Shown in pieces: positions 9,286 to 17,687 of a stretch of 32,000 nt of DNA (positions within the stretch are counted from its first letter, which is position 1; every line of letters begins with the position of its first letter). The position numbers and the translations under genes are program-made. Under the pieces are notes generated by a model, which ran no database searches, was not told where the DNA came from, and saw only the letters and a program-made list of their open reading frames with translations. Source of the DNA: Sinorhizobium meliloti (GTDB lineage Bacteria; Pseudomonadota; Alphaproteobacteria; Rhizobiales; Rhizobiaceae); assembly GCF_017876815.1 (NCBI RefSeq), contig NZ_JAGIOS010000001.1, forward strand, positions 2,580,001 through 2,612,000, written 5' to 3'.

Positions 9286-10446
9286 TTACCGCCCGCCGAT
9301 CACACCGATATAGTCGGAGACCCAGCGATGATAGGGCACGCACTCGCCCTGGCTTTCGCATTTCGTCACCGGCGTCTTCCAGAACTTGACCTTCTCGAAG
9401 TCGTCGTAGCCGTTGGTCTTGCAACCTTCGTCGGTCAGAAGCTCGTTGCCCTTGCAGGCGGCACCGACGGAGGGGTTGGCACCGAACCAGGCGGATACAT
9501 CTCCCTGGACTTTCGGCGAGAGCGAATGCTCCATCCACATATAGGCGCAGTTCGGATGCTCGCTGTCGGCATGCAGCATTGTCGTATCGGCCCAGCCCGT
9601 CACGCCTTCTTCCGGGATGACGGAGGCGATCGGCTGCTTCTCGGCCTGCATCAGGTTGACCTGGAAGGGCCAGGAGCCGGAGGCGACGACGCCCTCGTTC
9701 TTGAAGTCGTCGATCTGGATCATCGCGTCGTGCCAGTAGCGGCCGACGAGGGTGCGCTGGGTGCGCAACAGATCGAGTGCGGCCTTGTACTGATCTTCGT
9801 TGAGCTCGTAAGGGTCCTTGATGCCGAGATCGGGCTTGTGCGCCATCAGGTAGTTGGCGGCGTCCGCGACATGGATCGGGCCGTCATAGGCCTGGACGCG
9901 GCCCTTGTTGGACTTGCCGTCGGGCAGCGTCATCTCCTCGAAGACGACTTTCCAGCTCTTCGGCGGCTGATCCTTGAAGGCTTCGGTATTGTACATCAGC
10001 ACGTTCGGGCCCCAGACATAGGGGGTGCCGTAGTGGACGCCGTTGGCGGTGTGCCACGGCGCGTTCTGCATGCGCTCGTCGATCGTCTTCCAGCTGGGGA
10101 TGAGATCGGTATTGATCGGCTGGACGCGCTTTCCAGCGACGAGGCGCAGCGATGCGTCTCCGGAGGCGGTCACCAGGTCGAAACCGCCTTCGTTCATCAG
10201 CGCGACCATTTCGTCGGAGGTGGCCGCCGTCTTGACGCTGACCTTGCAACCGGTCTTCTTCTCGAAATCGGTGACCCAGTCGTAATTCTTGTCGGTCTCG
10301 CCGCGCTCGATATAGCCCGCCCAGGCGACGATCGAGAGCGCACCTTCGCCCTGACCGAGCTCTTTCAGCGGCTCCTGCGCCAGCGCAGGGGCGGCGAGGC
10401 CCAGCGACAGGGTAAGTGCGGTGCAGGATTTCAGGATCTGCTTCAT
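9286..10446 (-). CDS. ABC transporter periplasmic polyamine-type substrate-binding protein (PotD/PotF/YdcS-like)
   Basis: I prefer ATG at 10446 (MKQILKSCTALTLSLGLAAPALAQE signal peptide, GGGGAGA RBS) over the track start at 10530. About 386 aa, first gene of the SBP-ATPase-permease-permease-patD operon. Confidence 0.88.
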   Translation of the reverse strand: MKQILKSCTALTLSLGLAAPALAQEPLKELGQGEGALSIVAWAGYIERGETDKNYDWVTDFEKKTGCKVSVKTAATSDEMVALMNEGGFDLVTASGDASLRLVAGKRVQPINTDLIPSWKTIDERMQNAPWHTANGVHYGTPYVWGPNVLMYNTEAFKDQPPKSWKVVFEEMTLPDGKSNKGRVQAYDGPIHVADAANYLMAHKPDLGIKDPYELNEDQYKAALDLLRTQRTLVGRYWHDAMIQIDDFKNEGVVASGSWPFQVNLMQAEKQPIASVIPEEGVTGWADTTMLHADSEHPNCAYMWMEHSLSPKVQGDVSAWFGANPSVGAACKGNELLTDEGCKTNGYDDFEKVKFWKTPVTKCESQGECVPYHRWVSDYIGVIGGR

Positions 10447-10545
10447 CGGAAGTCTCCCCAGTTTCATGCCGTTAGCGGCTTTGTTCCCGGATCGAAGCGT
10501 GCCTTGGTTTCTCCGTATTCGCAAATTCATTAATCAGAATGCCGA

Positions 10546-10560
10546 CATCGGTATTTCCGA
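10546..10560. promoter_or_regulatory. Candidate LysR-type T-N11-A box
   Basis: ATCGGTATTTCCGAT (ATC-N9-GAT dyad) lies between the LysR gene stop (10570) and the binding-protein start (10446). Based on the motif alone. Confidence 0.25.
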
Positions 10561-10569
10561 TATCTGAGT

Positions 10570-11478
10570 TCATCGCGGGCGGGCGCTGCGCAGCGCTTCG
10601 GCGACGCCGACGAAATCGCGCGCGGACTGTGGCAGGCTCGACCCCTTGCGCCAAACCATGCCGACCTGCACCACCGGCAGCGCCCCGGAAACATCGCGGC
10701 TTTCGATCCGGTCGCCTTCGAGCGACCAGGGGCGGTAGACGAGGTCAGGCAAAAGCGCGATGCCGGCGCCGGTCGCGACCAGGCTTCTGACCGCTTCCAC
10801 CGAACGGGTGCGAAAGGCGACATGCGGACGCGCGCCGAGCGCCGTCAGGAGTTTGCCGGTATTCTCCTCGATCTCGTCCACGGTCAGCATGATCAGCGGC
10901 TCACGGGCGATGTCCTCGACCGAGATGATGTCGGCGCTGACGAGCGGATGGCCGATCGGCAGCCACAGGCGGTAAGGAGAGGTTTCGAGGATTTCCGCTT
11001 GCAGCGCCATGCGGTCGCGCAGATTCGAGATGACCATCACGGCGACGTCGAGCTCGCCGCCGATCAGGAGGTGCTCGAGATAGGAGCCATTGTCCTCGAT
11101 GGCGCTCACCTCCACGCCGGGGCAGGCGCGGCGGTAGCGCGCAAGCAGGTCGGAGAGCACGTAGCCGGCAACGAGGGACGTGACGCCGAGATTGAGCTTG
11201 CCGCCGCGTTCCTCGCGGCTGTCGGAGAAGCTGCGCCGCGCATCGGAGACATCGGCGAGGATCTTGGTCGCGTGGCGCAGAAACTGATGCCCGTTATGGG
11301 TGATCGCGAGGCCGCGGGGGTGCCGGTCGAAGAGCTCGACGCCGAGATCGGTTTCGAGCTCCTTGATTGCCTCGGTGATCGATGATTGAGAGATGGAGAG
11401 GTTCTGCGCCGCGCGGGTGACCGAGCCCTGCTCGGCGACGGCGACGAAATATTGCAACTGCCGGAGTGTGAATGCCAT
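10570..11478 (-). CDS. LysR-family transcriptional regulator
   Basis: I prefer ATG at 11478 (MAFTLRQLQYFVAVAEQGSVTRAAQNLSISQSSITEAIKELE, a canonical LysR winged-helix N-terminus) over the track start at 11622. 302 aa. Confidence 0.9.
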   Translation of the reverse strand: MAFTLRQLQYFVAVAEQGSVTRAAQNLSISQSSITEAIKELETDLGVELFDRHPRGLAITHNGHQFLRHATKILADVSDARRSFSDSREERGGKLNLGVTSLVAGYVLSDLLARYRRACPGVEVSAIEDNGSYLEHLLIGGELDVAVMVISNLRDRMALQAEILETSPYRLWLPIGHPLVSADIISVEDIAREPLIMLTVDEIEENTGKLLTALGARPHVAFRTRSVEAVRSLVATGAGIALLPDLVYRPWSLEGDRIESRDVSGALPVVQVGMVWRKGSSLPQSARDFVGVAEALRSARPR

Positions 11479-11597
11479 GTGCGAATTAACACCGTGCGCC
11501 GCAGGGAACGCAAGCACGGCGTGAACGGCAGCAGGGCTGACGCATTTCGTCGTGCACGCCAGCGCGACGCTGTTAAGGTGCGGTGAGGGGGAACAGG

Positions 11598-12521
11598 ATG
11601 GATTCGAAAACGACAAAGCCAATGCCGACGGAAGCGGGGATTCGCGCCTTTCACGAACGTTGCGAGGCGTTCTATCCCGCCGATGCGGTCAATGCCTCCG
11701 TCGAGCAGCAACGGCAATGGTATGATGCGCTCTGCGCCGAATTCGACGCGCCGTCTCCCGAAGGGCTGACCCGGCGGGACGAGCGGGTGGCTGGGCGAAT
11801 TCCGGTGCGGTACTACCGGCCGGCGGAGGTCGCGAGCGGGACGCGCGTCTTCTATATCCATGGCGGCGGCTTCGTCGTCGGCTCGCTTGAGAGCCACGAT
11901 GCGATCTGCGCCGAGCTTGCCCATGGTGCGCAAGTGGAGCTGGTGTCGGTGGACTATCGCCTTGCCCCCGAACATCTTTGGCCCGCAGCCTTCGAGGACT
12001 GCTGCGATGTGCTCGAAGCGCTTCTTGCCGATGGGCGCCCGCTCGTCGTCGCCGGCGATAGTGCCGGCGGCAACCTGTCAGCCGGTATCGTACTGAAGGC
12101 GAAGGCTGAGGGGCTCGCCGGCATCGTCGGCCAGGTCCTGATCTATCCCGGCCTCGGCGGCGATCTGACGCGCGGCTCCTATATCGAGATGGCCCAGGCG
12201 CCGCTGCTTTCCACCGCCGACGTCGACTATTACCGCGAGGTGCTGAAAGCACCGGCGGATGAGCCCTTTGCGCACCCGTTGCGGGCCGCGGACCTGTCCG
12301 GGCTTCCCCCGGCCTATGTTTCCGGCGCCTATTTCGATCCGTTGCGCGACGATGCGCGCGCCTATGCAGCCCGGCTCGCCCAGGCGGGCGTGGACGTCAC
12401 CTACCGGGAAGAGCCGCAGATGGTCCATTCCTGGCTCCGGGCGCGCCGCATGAGCCCCGGCGCACGGGAAGGCTTCGTCCGTCTCGTGCAAGCTGTGGCG
12501 AGATTGGCCGGTACGGCTTGA
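11598..12521 (+). CDS. Alpha/beta-hydrolase fold-3 esterase/lipase (hormone-sensitive-lipase family)
   Basis: Oxyanion motif YIHGGGFVVGS, nucleophile elbow GDSAGGNL, and Asp/His candidates in DPLRDD and MVHSW. ATG at 11598 has GAGGGGGA upstream. The track start 11583 is a GTG lying inside that RBS. Confidence 0.85.
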   Translation: MDSKTTKPMPTEAGIRAFHERCEAFYPADAVNASVEQQRQWYDALCAEFDAPSPEGLTRRDERVAGRIPVRYYRPAEVASGTRVFYIHGGGFVVGSLESHDAICAELAHGAQVELVSVDYRLAPEHLWPAAFEDCCDVLEALLADGRPLVVAGDSAGGNLSAGIVLKAKAEGLAGIVGQVLIYPGLGGDLTRGSYIEMAQAPLLSTADVDYYREVLKAPADEPFAHPLRAADLSGLPPAYVSGAYFDPLRDDARAYAARLAQAGVDVTYREEPQMVHSWLRARRMSPGAREGFVRLVQAVARLAGTA

Positions 12522-12528
12522 GGCGGCG

Positions 12529-12933
12529 ATGAGCGGCGAGACGGATCTCAAGCGACTGCTGGCAGAGATGGAGCCGATGCTGCATGACGGCGAGTATGTC
12601 TATTGCACGGTTGAAGGTCGCGCTGCGGCCTGGTTCGCGCTTGAGCCGATCGGAACCTTTCGCGAAAATGAGGGGATTACGCTCATCCTCGAGCGGGCCC
12701 GTGCCGAGGCGGCGGGACTTTCCTATGGACCGGTGCTGCGGCTGATTACGCTCAGCGTCCATTCCGCACTCGAAGCCGTAGGACTGACGGCGGCGGTTTC
12801 CGGCGCACTGACGCAGGCGGGCATCAGCGCCAATGTGGTGGCGGCCTATTACCACGACCACATCTTCGTGCCCGCGGCGGACGCGAAAAGGGCCGTCGAA
12901 GTGTTGCAGACGCTCAGCCGCAGGGACAACTGA
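12529..12933 (+). CDS. Small ACT-domain-containing protein (134 aa)
   Basis: The ORF starts 8 nt after the esterase stop. Its size and the pattern YVYCTV ... LITLSVHSALEAVGLTAAVSGALTQAGISANVVAAYYHDHIFVP resemble the conserved two-part ACT family. Function unknown. Confidence 0.65.
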   Translation: MSGETDLKRLLAEMEPMLHDGEYVYCTVEGRAAAWFALEPIGTFRENEGITLILERARAEAAGLSYGPVLRLITLSVHSALEAVGLTAAVSGALTQAGISANVVAAYYHDHIFVPAADAKRAVEVLQTLSRRDN

Positions 12934-12947
12934 ACGCAGTGAGTTTG

Positions 12948-13055
12948 AACCTCTCCCCGTACGCAAGATCGGGGAGAGGGGCATAGAGACGTCTTCCCGA
13001 GTCCCCGTCAAAACGCGTCAAAACGGGGAGAAGGTGCCGGCAGGCGGATGAGGGG
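12948..13055. repeat. RIME/Sm-repeat-like mosaic element between convergent genes
   Basis: CCTCTCCCCGTACGCAAGATCGGGGAGAGG, then a spacer, then a degenerate left arm with CCCCGTCAAAACGCGTCAAAACGGGGAGAAGGTGCCGGCAGGCGGATGAGGGG. It contains a 10-bp tandem duplication (see findings). Confidence 0.75.
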
Positions 13056-13073
13056 CGGTCGCGCGCCGATCCC

Positions 13074-15071
13074 TCACATGAAATCCCGCCGGATCCGCTT
13101 CTCGAAGGTCTTCTCGAAGATCTTCGTTTCATCCTCGAAAGCCTCGACCTTGGCGGAGGTGATCCACTCGGTTTCCGTACAGCCGAGGCGGGAGGTCGAG
13201 ACGGTCTTCAGCGATTGCTGCCCACGCCGCGCGATGCAGGTCCAGGTCGAAACGCCCGTCATGGAGTGCGGATCGTCCGGTGCGATCGTCCAGGTTTCGT
13301 CGCGGATGTCCTGCGTCGCATTGCCGGTGCCGGGATGCTCGACGAGGCCGGTATTCTCGTAGATCCGATAATGCGTCCGGCACTTGGTCATGTCGCGTTC
13401 GACGGTGCGGCGCGTTTCGGCCGGTGAATGCTCGATATAGTGCGGCAACGGGTCGGGATTGGCCGGCTGCGGCACGACGATCTCGCGATGGTCGCCGAGA
13501 AGCGGCAGGGAAAGCGAGACGCTGGCCGTGTCGATCGTGACGCCCGGATCGGTCGGCGACGGCAGGATGATCGGCCAGTAGGATGTCGACAGCGACAGCC
13601 GGATGCGGTGGCCGGCACGGAAGCGGTAGCCGCAGGCATCGAGCACCAGCGTGACGCGCGTCTTGCGGTTCTTCTCCATCGGCACCGGCTTGGCATTGCC
13701 GTTGCGGTGCGCCAGGTTGAGAACGCCGAAGGCGACGCGGGTCGACGTTCCGTCCGGATGGACATCGACGATACGCGCGGCGAGATTGGCGGTTTCGGCA
13801 CTGCAGGAAAGCTCGAGGTCGAGCACAGGCTGGCCGAGATAGTCCTCCGCCTCGAGCAGCGGGTGCGTGTCGAAAGTGAGCGAGCCCGCATCGTCGATGC
13901 GCTGGTCGCCGGGCATCTCGGCGTCGGGTTTCAGCGTGAAATACTCACCGGCAGCAGTGCCGGTATCGAGCGGCGAACGCAGGTAAACGTCGCCGATCCC
14001 GCGCCTGGATGGGGAACCGGCCGCCAGGCCTCCCTCGCTCGAAACCGCGAAGGTCCGCATTTCCGGCGTGGTCCAGACGTCCTTGGCGATCCAGCGGCCC
14101 GGGTCTTCATTGCGCCTGACCGCGGGCCTCGGACCGTCAAGGATATAGGCGCGCATCTGCGGCAATTGCTCGGCATCGTTCTTTTCGTCGCGAAGCCAGC
14201 GGTTCCACCAGCGGATCGCCTCTCCGAGAAAGTCTGCTCGCGGCTTCGGCCAGGCGAAATGCGGATATTTGTGGACCCACGGGCCGATGAGCGCCTTGGC
14301 CTTGCCGCCGAGCCCCTCGACCGCCTTGATCGGTGTGTTGCGGTAGCCGTCCGCCCAGCCGGCGATCATCAGCGCGGGGATCGGAAAGCCGTCGAAATCC
14401 TCTGAGATCGAGCCATGCCGCCAGAAATCGTCGCGGCGCTGGTGCTCCAGCCATTCCTCCAGGAAGAAGGGCTCGTTCTCGAGGCGCTCCAGCCACATCT
14501 CCCGCCAGCGCTCGCCGACGAGTTCCGGGTCGGGCGATCGGGACTGGTAGGCGAGCATGGTTGCCGCCCAGGAGAGTTGCGCCGAGAGATGGCAGCCGTT
14601 CTTGTAGTGGATGTCGTCATTGTAGCGGTCGACGGTCGAGGCGATCGAGATCACCGCCTTGAGGGCCGGGGGCTTGAGGGCCGCTACCTGCAGACAGTTG
14701 AAGCCGCCCCAGGAGATGCCCATCATCCCGACCTTGCCGTTCGACCAGGGCTGTGCCGCAATCCATTCGATGATCTCGCAGCCGTCGGAGAGTTCGCGCG
14801 GGGTATATTCGCCGTCGATCACGCCCTCGGACTCGCCCGAGCCGCGGATGTCGACGCGAACGCCGGCGATCCCGGCGGCCGCGAAGGCAGGGTAGGTGGA
14901 TTCGTCCCGTGCACAGGTCCCGTCGCGCTTGCGGTAGGGCAGGTATTCCAGGACTGCCGGCACCGGCTTCTGCTCGGTGCCCTCAGGCATCCAGATGCGT
15001 GCGGCAAGCCGGGTCCCGTCCTCCAGGGTTATCCATTCGTTTTCGATGACGGTGAAATTACGCTCGGCCAT
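13074..15071 (-). CDS. CocE/NonD-family serine hydrolase (X-Pro dipeptidyl-peptidase S15-like esterase/amidase)
   Basis: 665 aa. The N-terminal pattern LEDGTRLAARIWMPEG...PVPAVLEYLPYRKRD and the nucleophile motif GMMGISWGGF (GxSxG) fit the family, as does the large C-terminal beta-domain length. ATG at 15071. Confidence 0.88.
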   Translation of the reverse strand: MAERNFTVIENEWITLEDGTRLAARIWMPEGTEQKPVPAVLEYLPYRKRDGTCARDESTYPAFAAAGIAGVRVDIRGSGESEGVIDGEYTPRELSDGCEIIEWIAAQPWSNGKVGMMGISWGGFNCLQVAALKPPALKAVISIASTVDRYNDDIHYKNGCHLSAQLSWAATMLAYQSRSPDPELVGERWREMWLERLENEPFFLEEWLEHQRRDDFWRHGSISEDFDGFPIPALMIAGWADGYRNTPIKAVEGLGGKAKALIGPWVHKYPHFAWPKPRADFLGEAIRWWNRWLRDEKNDAEQLPQMRAYILDGPRPAVRRNEDPGRWIAKDVWTTPEMRTFAVSSEGGLAAGSPSRRGIGDVYLRSPLDTGTAAGEYFTLKPDAEMPGDQRIDDAGSLTFDTHPLLEAEDYLGQPVLDLELSCSAETANLAARIVDVHPDGTSTRVAFGVLNLAHRNGNAKPVPMEKNRKTRVTLVLDACGYRFRAGHRIRLSLSTSYWPIILPSPTDPGVTIDTASVSLSLPLLGDHREIVVPQPANPDPLPHYIEHSPAETRRTVERDMTKCRTHYRIYENTGLVEHPGTGNATQDIRDETWTIAPDDPHSMTGVSTWTCIARRGQQSLKTVSTSRLGCTETEWITSAKVEAFEDETKIFEKTFEKRIRRDFM

Positions 15072-15150
15072 GTTGGCTGCCTCCGATCGGTGCTTGACTG
15101 TTGAGACGCGAGGCGCAGGCGGAGAACCACCTGCACCTTCTCATTGCACT

Positions 15151-16740
15151 TTAGCTGTCGAACCAGACGCGGCTTCCGACGTAGCCGTTGGAAAGGTCGT
15201 TGCCGATGTCGTGCACGAAGCCTTTCAGCGAAGCGGAGGCGGCGTTCACATAATCATTGAAGACCGGCAGGATGAGGCCGCCTTCGTCGCGCACCATGAG
15301 TGCCATGGTGTGGTAGAGCTCCTTGCGCTTGGCTTCGTCAAGTTCGGAGCGCGCCTGCAGGAGCAGTTTGTCGAAGTCCCCCCGCTTGAAACGCGTGTCG
15401 TTCCATTCCGCACTCGAAAGATAGGAGGTGGAATAGCGGGAATCCTGCGTCGGGCGGCCGCCCCAGTAGGAAGCGCAGAAGGGCTGGACATTCCAGACAT
15501 TGGTCCAGTAGCCGTCTTCCGGCTCGCGGCGTACTTCGATTTCGATACCGGCCTTGCGGGCGCTTTCCTGGAAGAGGACCGAGGCATCGACCGCGCCCGG
15601 GAAGGCGGCATCGGAGGTACGCAGCAGGATCGGCCGGTCGTGGCCGGACTTCTTGTAATGGAAGGCGGCCTTGTCGGGGTCGTAGGCGCGCTGCTCGATG
15701 CCTTCAGGTGCCAGCGCGTAGTTTTCGTTGACCGGATAATCGTTGCCGAGCGTGCCATAGCCGCCGAGCACGCGGTCGAGAATAGCCTGCCGGTCGATCG
15801 CATATTTCAGCGCGAGCCTTAGGTCGTTGTTGTCGAAGGGGGCCGTGTCGCAATGCATGAGGAAGCTGTAGAAGCCCTTGCCCGAGGTCTGCAGGATCTC
15901 GACGCGGGGCGCACGCTTCAGAAGCGGCACGGTCTTCGGATCGACGCCGTTGATGAAATGCACCTGCCCGGAGGAAAGTGCCGCAATGCGGGCCGTGTTG
16001 TCGTTCATGACGATGATCTCGACGCTGTCGACATAGCCGCGGTCCGAACGCCAGTCGGCGGTGTTCTTCTCGAAGGTTGCCCGGATGCCGGCCTCATAGC
16101 TTGCAAGCTTGTAGGGCCCGGTGCCGATCGGCGAGGCGGGGTTGTCGCCGCCGCCGCCGGGCTGGATGATGAGATGATAGTCGGTCAAGAGGAGCGGCAG
16201 GTCCGCATTGCCTTCCGTCAGCGTCAGGACGAGGTCGCCGGCTTTTTCCTCGATCGTCTTGACGGACCGCATCAGCCCGAGCGCTCCCGACTTGGAGCCT
16301 TCGTCGGAATGCCGCTTCAATGTTGCGATCACGTCCGCGACGGTCAGTTTCTTGCCGTCGTGGAAAGCGATGTCGTTCCGGACCTTGAACGTCCAGACCG
16401 AAGCATCTGCCGACGACTCCCAGGAGGAGGCGATCGCGGGCAGCGGAGCGCCGGTCTCGGGGTGGGACTCGACCAGCGTGTCGCCCCAAAGATGGCCGAT
16501 CACGAAGGATACCGAGCCGCTATAGCTTGCCGGATCGAGCGAATCGGTCGTCGCTCCGCCGTCGAGGCCGAGCTTCAGGTGGCCGCCGCGTTTGGGCTCC
16601 TGCGCTCGTGCCTCGCCCAAGCCGATGGAGCTCCCGATGCCGGCGGCGAGGCCGAGCGCTGCCGTGCCTGCGAGGAAGCCGCGCCGGTTGATGCCGGCCG
16701 GTACGATGAGGCCGTCGGGACGCTTCGTGAATTCGGTCAT
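15151..16740 (-). CDS. ABC transporter substrate-binding protein, family 5 (peptide/nickel/opine type), paralog 1, twin-arginine signal
   Basis: 529 aa with N-terminal INRRGFLAGTAALGLAAGIGSSIGLGEARA. Long blocks are identical to the ORF at 21245..22834: LTEGNADLPLLLTDYHLIIQP, ARIAALSSGQVHFIN, EGIEQRAYDPDKAAFHYKKSGH, SYWGGRPTQD, MVRDEGGLILP. Confidence 0.9.
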   Translation of the reverse strand: MTEFTKRPDGLIVPAGINRRGFLAGTAALGLAAGIGSSIGLGEARAQEPKRGGHLKLGLDGGATTDSLDPASYSGSVSFVIGHLWGDTLVESHPETGAPLPAIASSWESSADASVWTFKVRNDIAFHDGKKLTVADVIATLKRHSDEGSKSGALGLMRSVKTIEEKAGDLVLTLTEGNADLPLLLTDYHLIIQPGGGGDNPASPIGTGPYKLASYEAGIRATFEKNTADWRSDRGYVDSVEIIVMNDNTARIAALSSGQVHFINGVDPKTVPLLKRAPRVEILQTSGKGFYSFLMHCDTAPFDNNDLRLALKYAIDRQAILDRVLGGYGTLGNDYPVNENYALAPEGIEQRAYDPDKAAFHYKKSGHDRPILLRTSDAAFPGAVDASVLFQESARKAGIEIEVRREPEDGYWTNVWNVQPFCASYWGGRPTQDSRYSTSYLSSAEWNDTRFKRGDFDKLLLQARSELDEAKRKELYHTMALMVRDEGGLILPVFNDYVNAASASLKGFVHDIGNDLSNGYVGSRVWFDS

Positions 16741-16854
16741 TTCCAGTTCCCCTTGCGTGTTTTGTTCGAGAGAAACCTAGCGCCTGCCGGGCACCAGACA
16801 ATTTCGCGACTTGACGCGTTTTTTCGCTGGTTTACGCTACCCGCAATCCGAGGG

Positions 16855-17658
16855 GTGGAGCACTTGCAGCAGGACGACACATTCGCAACAAATCTGCGTT
16901 TTGCCTGTGCGACGCGGCGCTCGATCTCGCAGATTTGCCGGGAGATCGGCATCAACCGTCAGCAGTTCAACCGCTACATCAATGGCGAGGCGCGGCCTTC
17001 CGCTCACAATGTAGCGCGGATCGCGGCGTTCTTCGGGCTTTCGGCCGAGGATTTCTCACTGGCGCCGAAGCTCTTCGAAGCCCGCATGATCCGCCCCGAG
17101 CGGCACCGCCTGGAAGCGGGTCAGCTTCTGGAAGGATTCCCCGGCGATGCCGCAGCCCTTCGCCACCATTTCGGCTACTACCAGACCTATCACCTTTCGC
17201 TCTCCTGGCCCGGTTTCGTCGTCTGTTCCTGCGCGCATATCTATGAGGAAGGTGGCTCGATCCGGGTGAAGTCGATCGAGCGCATTCGCGATAAGGCGAA
17301 CGAGATCGAGCAGTTCTCGAAATATGTCGGCCTTGTCACCTTCTGGCGAAACCGCATCTTCATAGCCGAGCGCACGGTGGGGCAGGCGTCGATGCTGGCG
17401 CAGACGATCCTGATGCCCTTCGAGGTGCACCAGCGGGTCTATCTGCGCGGCACCACGATGGGGGTCTCGTGGCGCAAGGAGAACCTGCCCTACGCCTCGC
17501 GGATGATCTGGCGGCATATCGGGCTGGATCCGGACAAACGCCAGCTGCTTTCGCGTTGCGGGCTGCTTCCGTTCGGATCGCGGCATCTGCCTTCTGCGGT
17601 CCGGCGCTTCCTGGAGGCGCCGGAGGCCGAGGTGCTGACCATTCCGGCGGAATATTGA
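16855..17658 (+). CDS. Helix-turn-helix (XRE-like) transcriptional regulator with an uncharacterised C-terminal domain of about 200 aa
   Basis: This is the 3-prime part of track ORF 15853..17658; the upstream part is antisense to the binding-protein gene and is rejected. The HTH is TFATNLRFACATRRSISQICREIGINRQQFNRYINGEARPSAHNVARIAAFFGL. There is no in-frame ATG near the N-terminus. The candidates are GTG 16855 or TTG 16864, so the start is uncertain. Possible -35 TTGACG at 16811. Confidence 0.7.
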   Translation: MEHLQQDDTFATNLRFACATRRSISQICREIGINRQQFNRYINGEARPSAHNVARIAAFFGLSAEDFSLAPKLFEARMIRPERHRLEAGQLLEGFPGDAAALRHHFGYYQTYHLSLSWPGFVVCSCAHIYEEGGSIRVKSIERIRDKANEIEQFSKYVGLVTFWRNRIFIAERTVGQASMLAQTILMPFEVHQRVYLRGTTMGVSWRKENLPYASRMIWRHIGLDPDKRQLLSRCGLLPFGSRHLPSAVRRFLEAPEAEVLTIPAEY

Positions 17659-17661
17659 CGG

Positions 17662-17687
17662 ATGCGCGTGGCGGCCGCCACGCGCAT
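17662..17687. terminator. Perfect 26-bp palindrome between convergent genes (candidate bidirectional terminator)
   Basis: ATGCGCGTGGCGGCCGCCACGCGCAT lies between the regulator stop (17656..17658) and the ATPase stop (17688..17690). There are no flanking T-tracts. Confidence 0.45.

Noticed and set aside
12397-13011. 204-aa minus-strand ORF
   Set aside because: It is antisense to the ACT-domain gene and the end of the esterase gene, and runs into a repeat element. No motifs.
15853-16854. N-terminal two thirds of the 601-aa track ORF 15853..17658
   Set aside because: This part is antisense to the binding-protein gene 15151..16740 and has no motifs. Only the portion from about 16855 (HTH onward) looks like a real gene.
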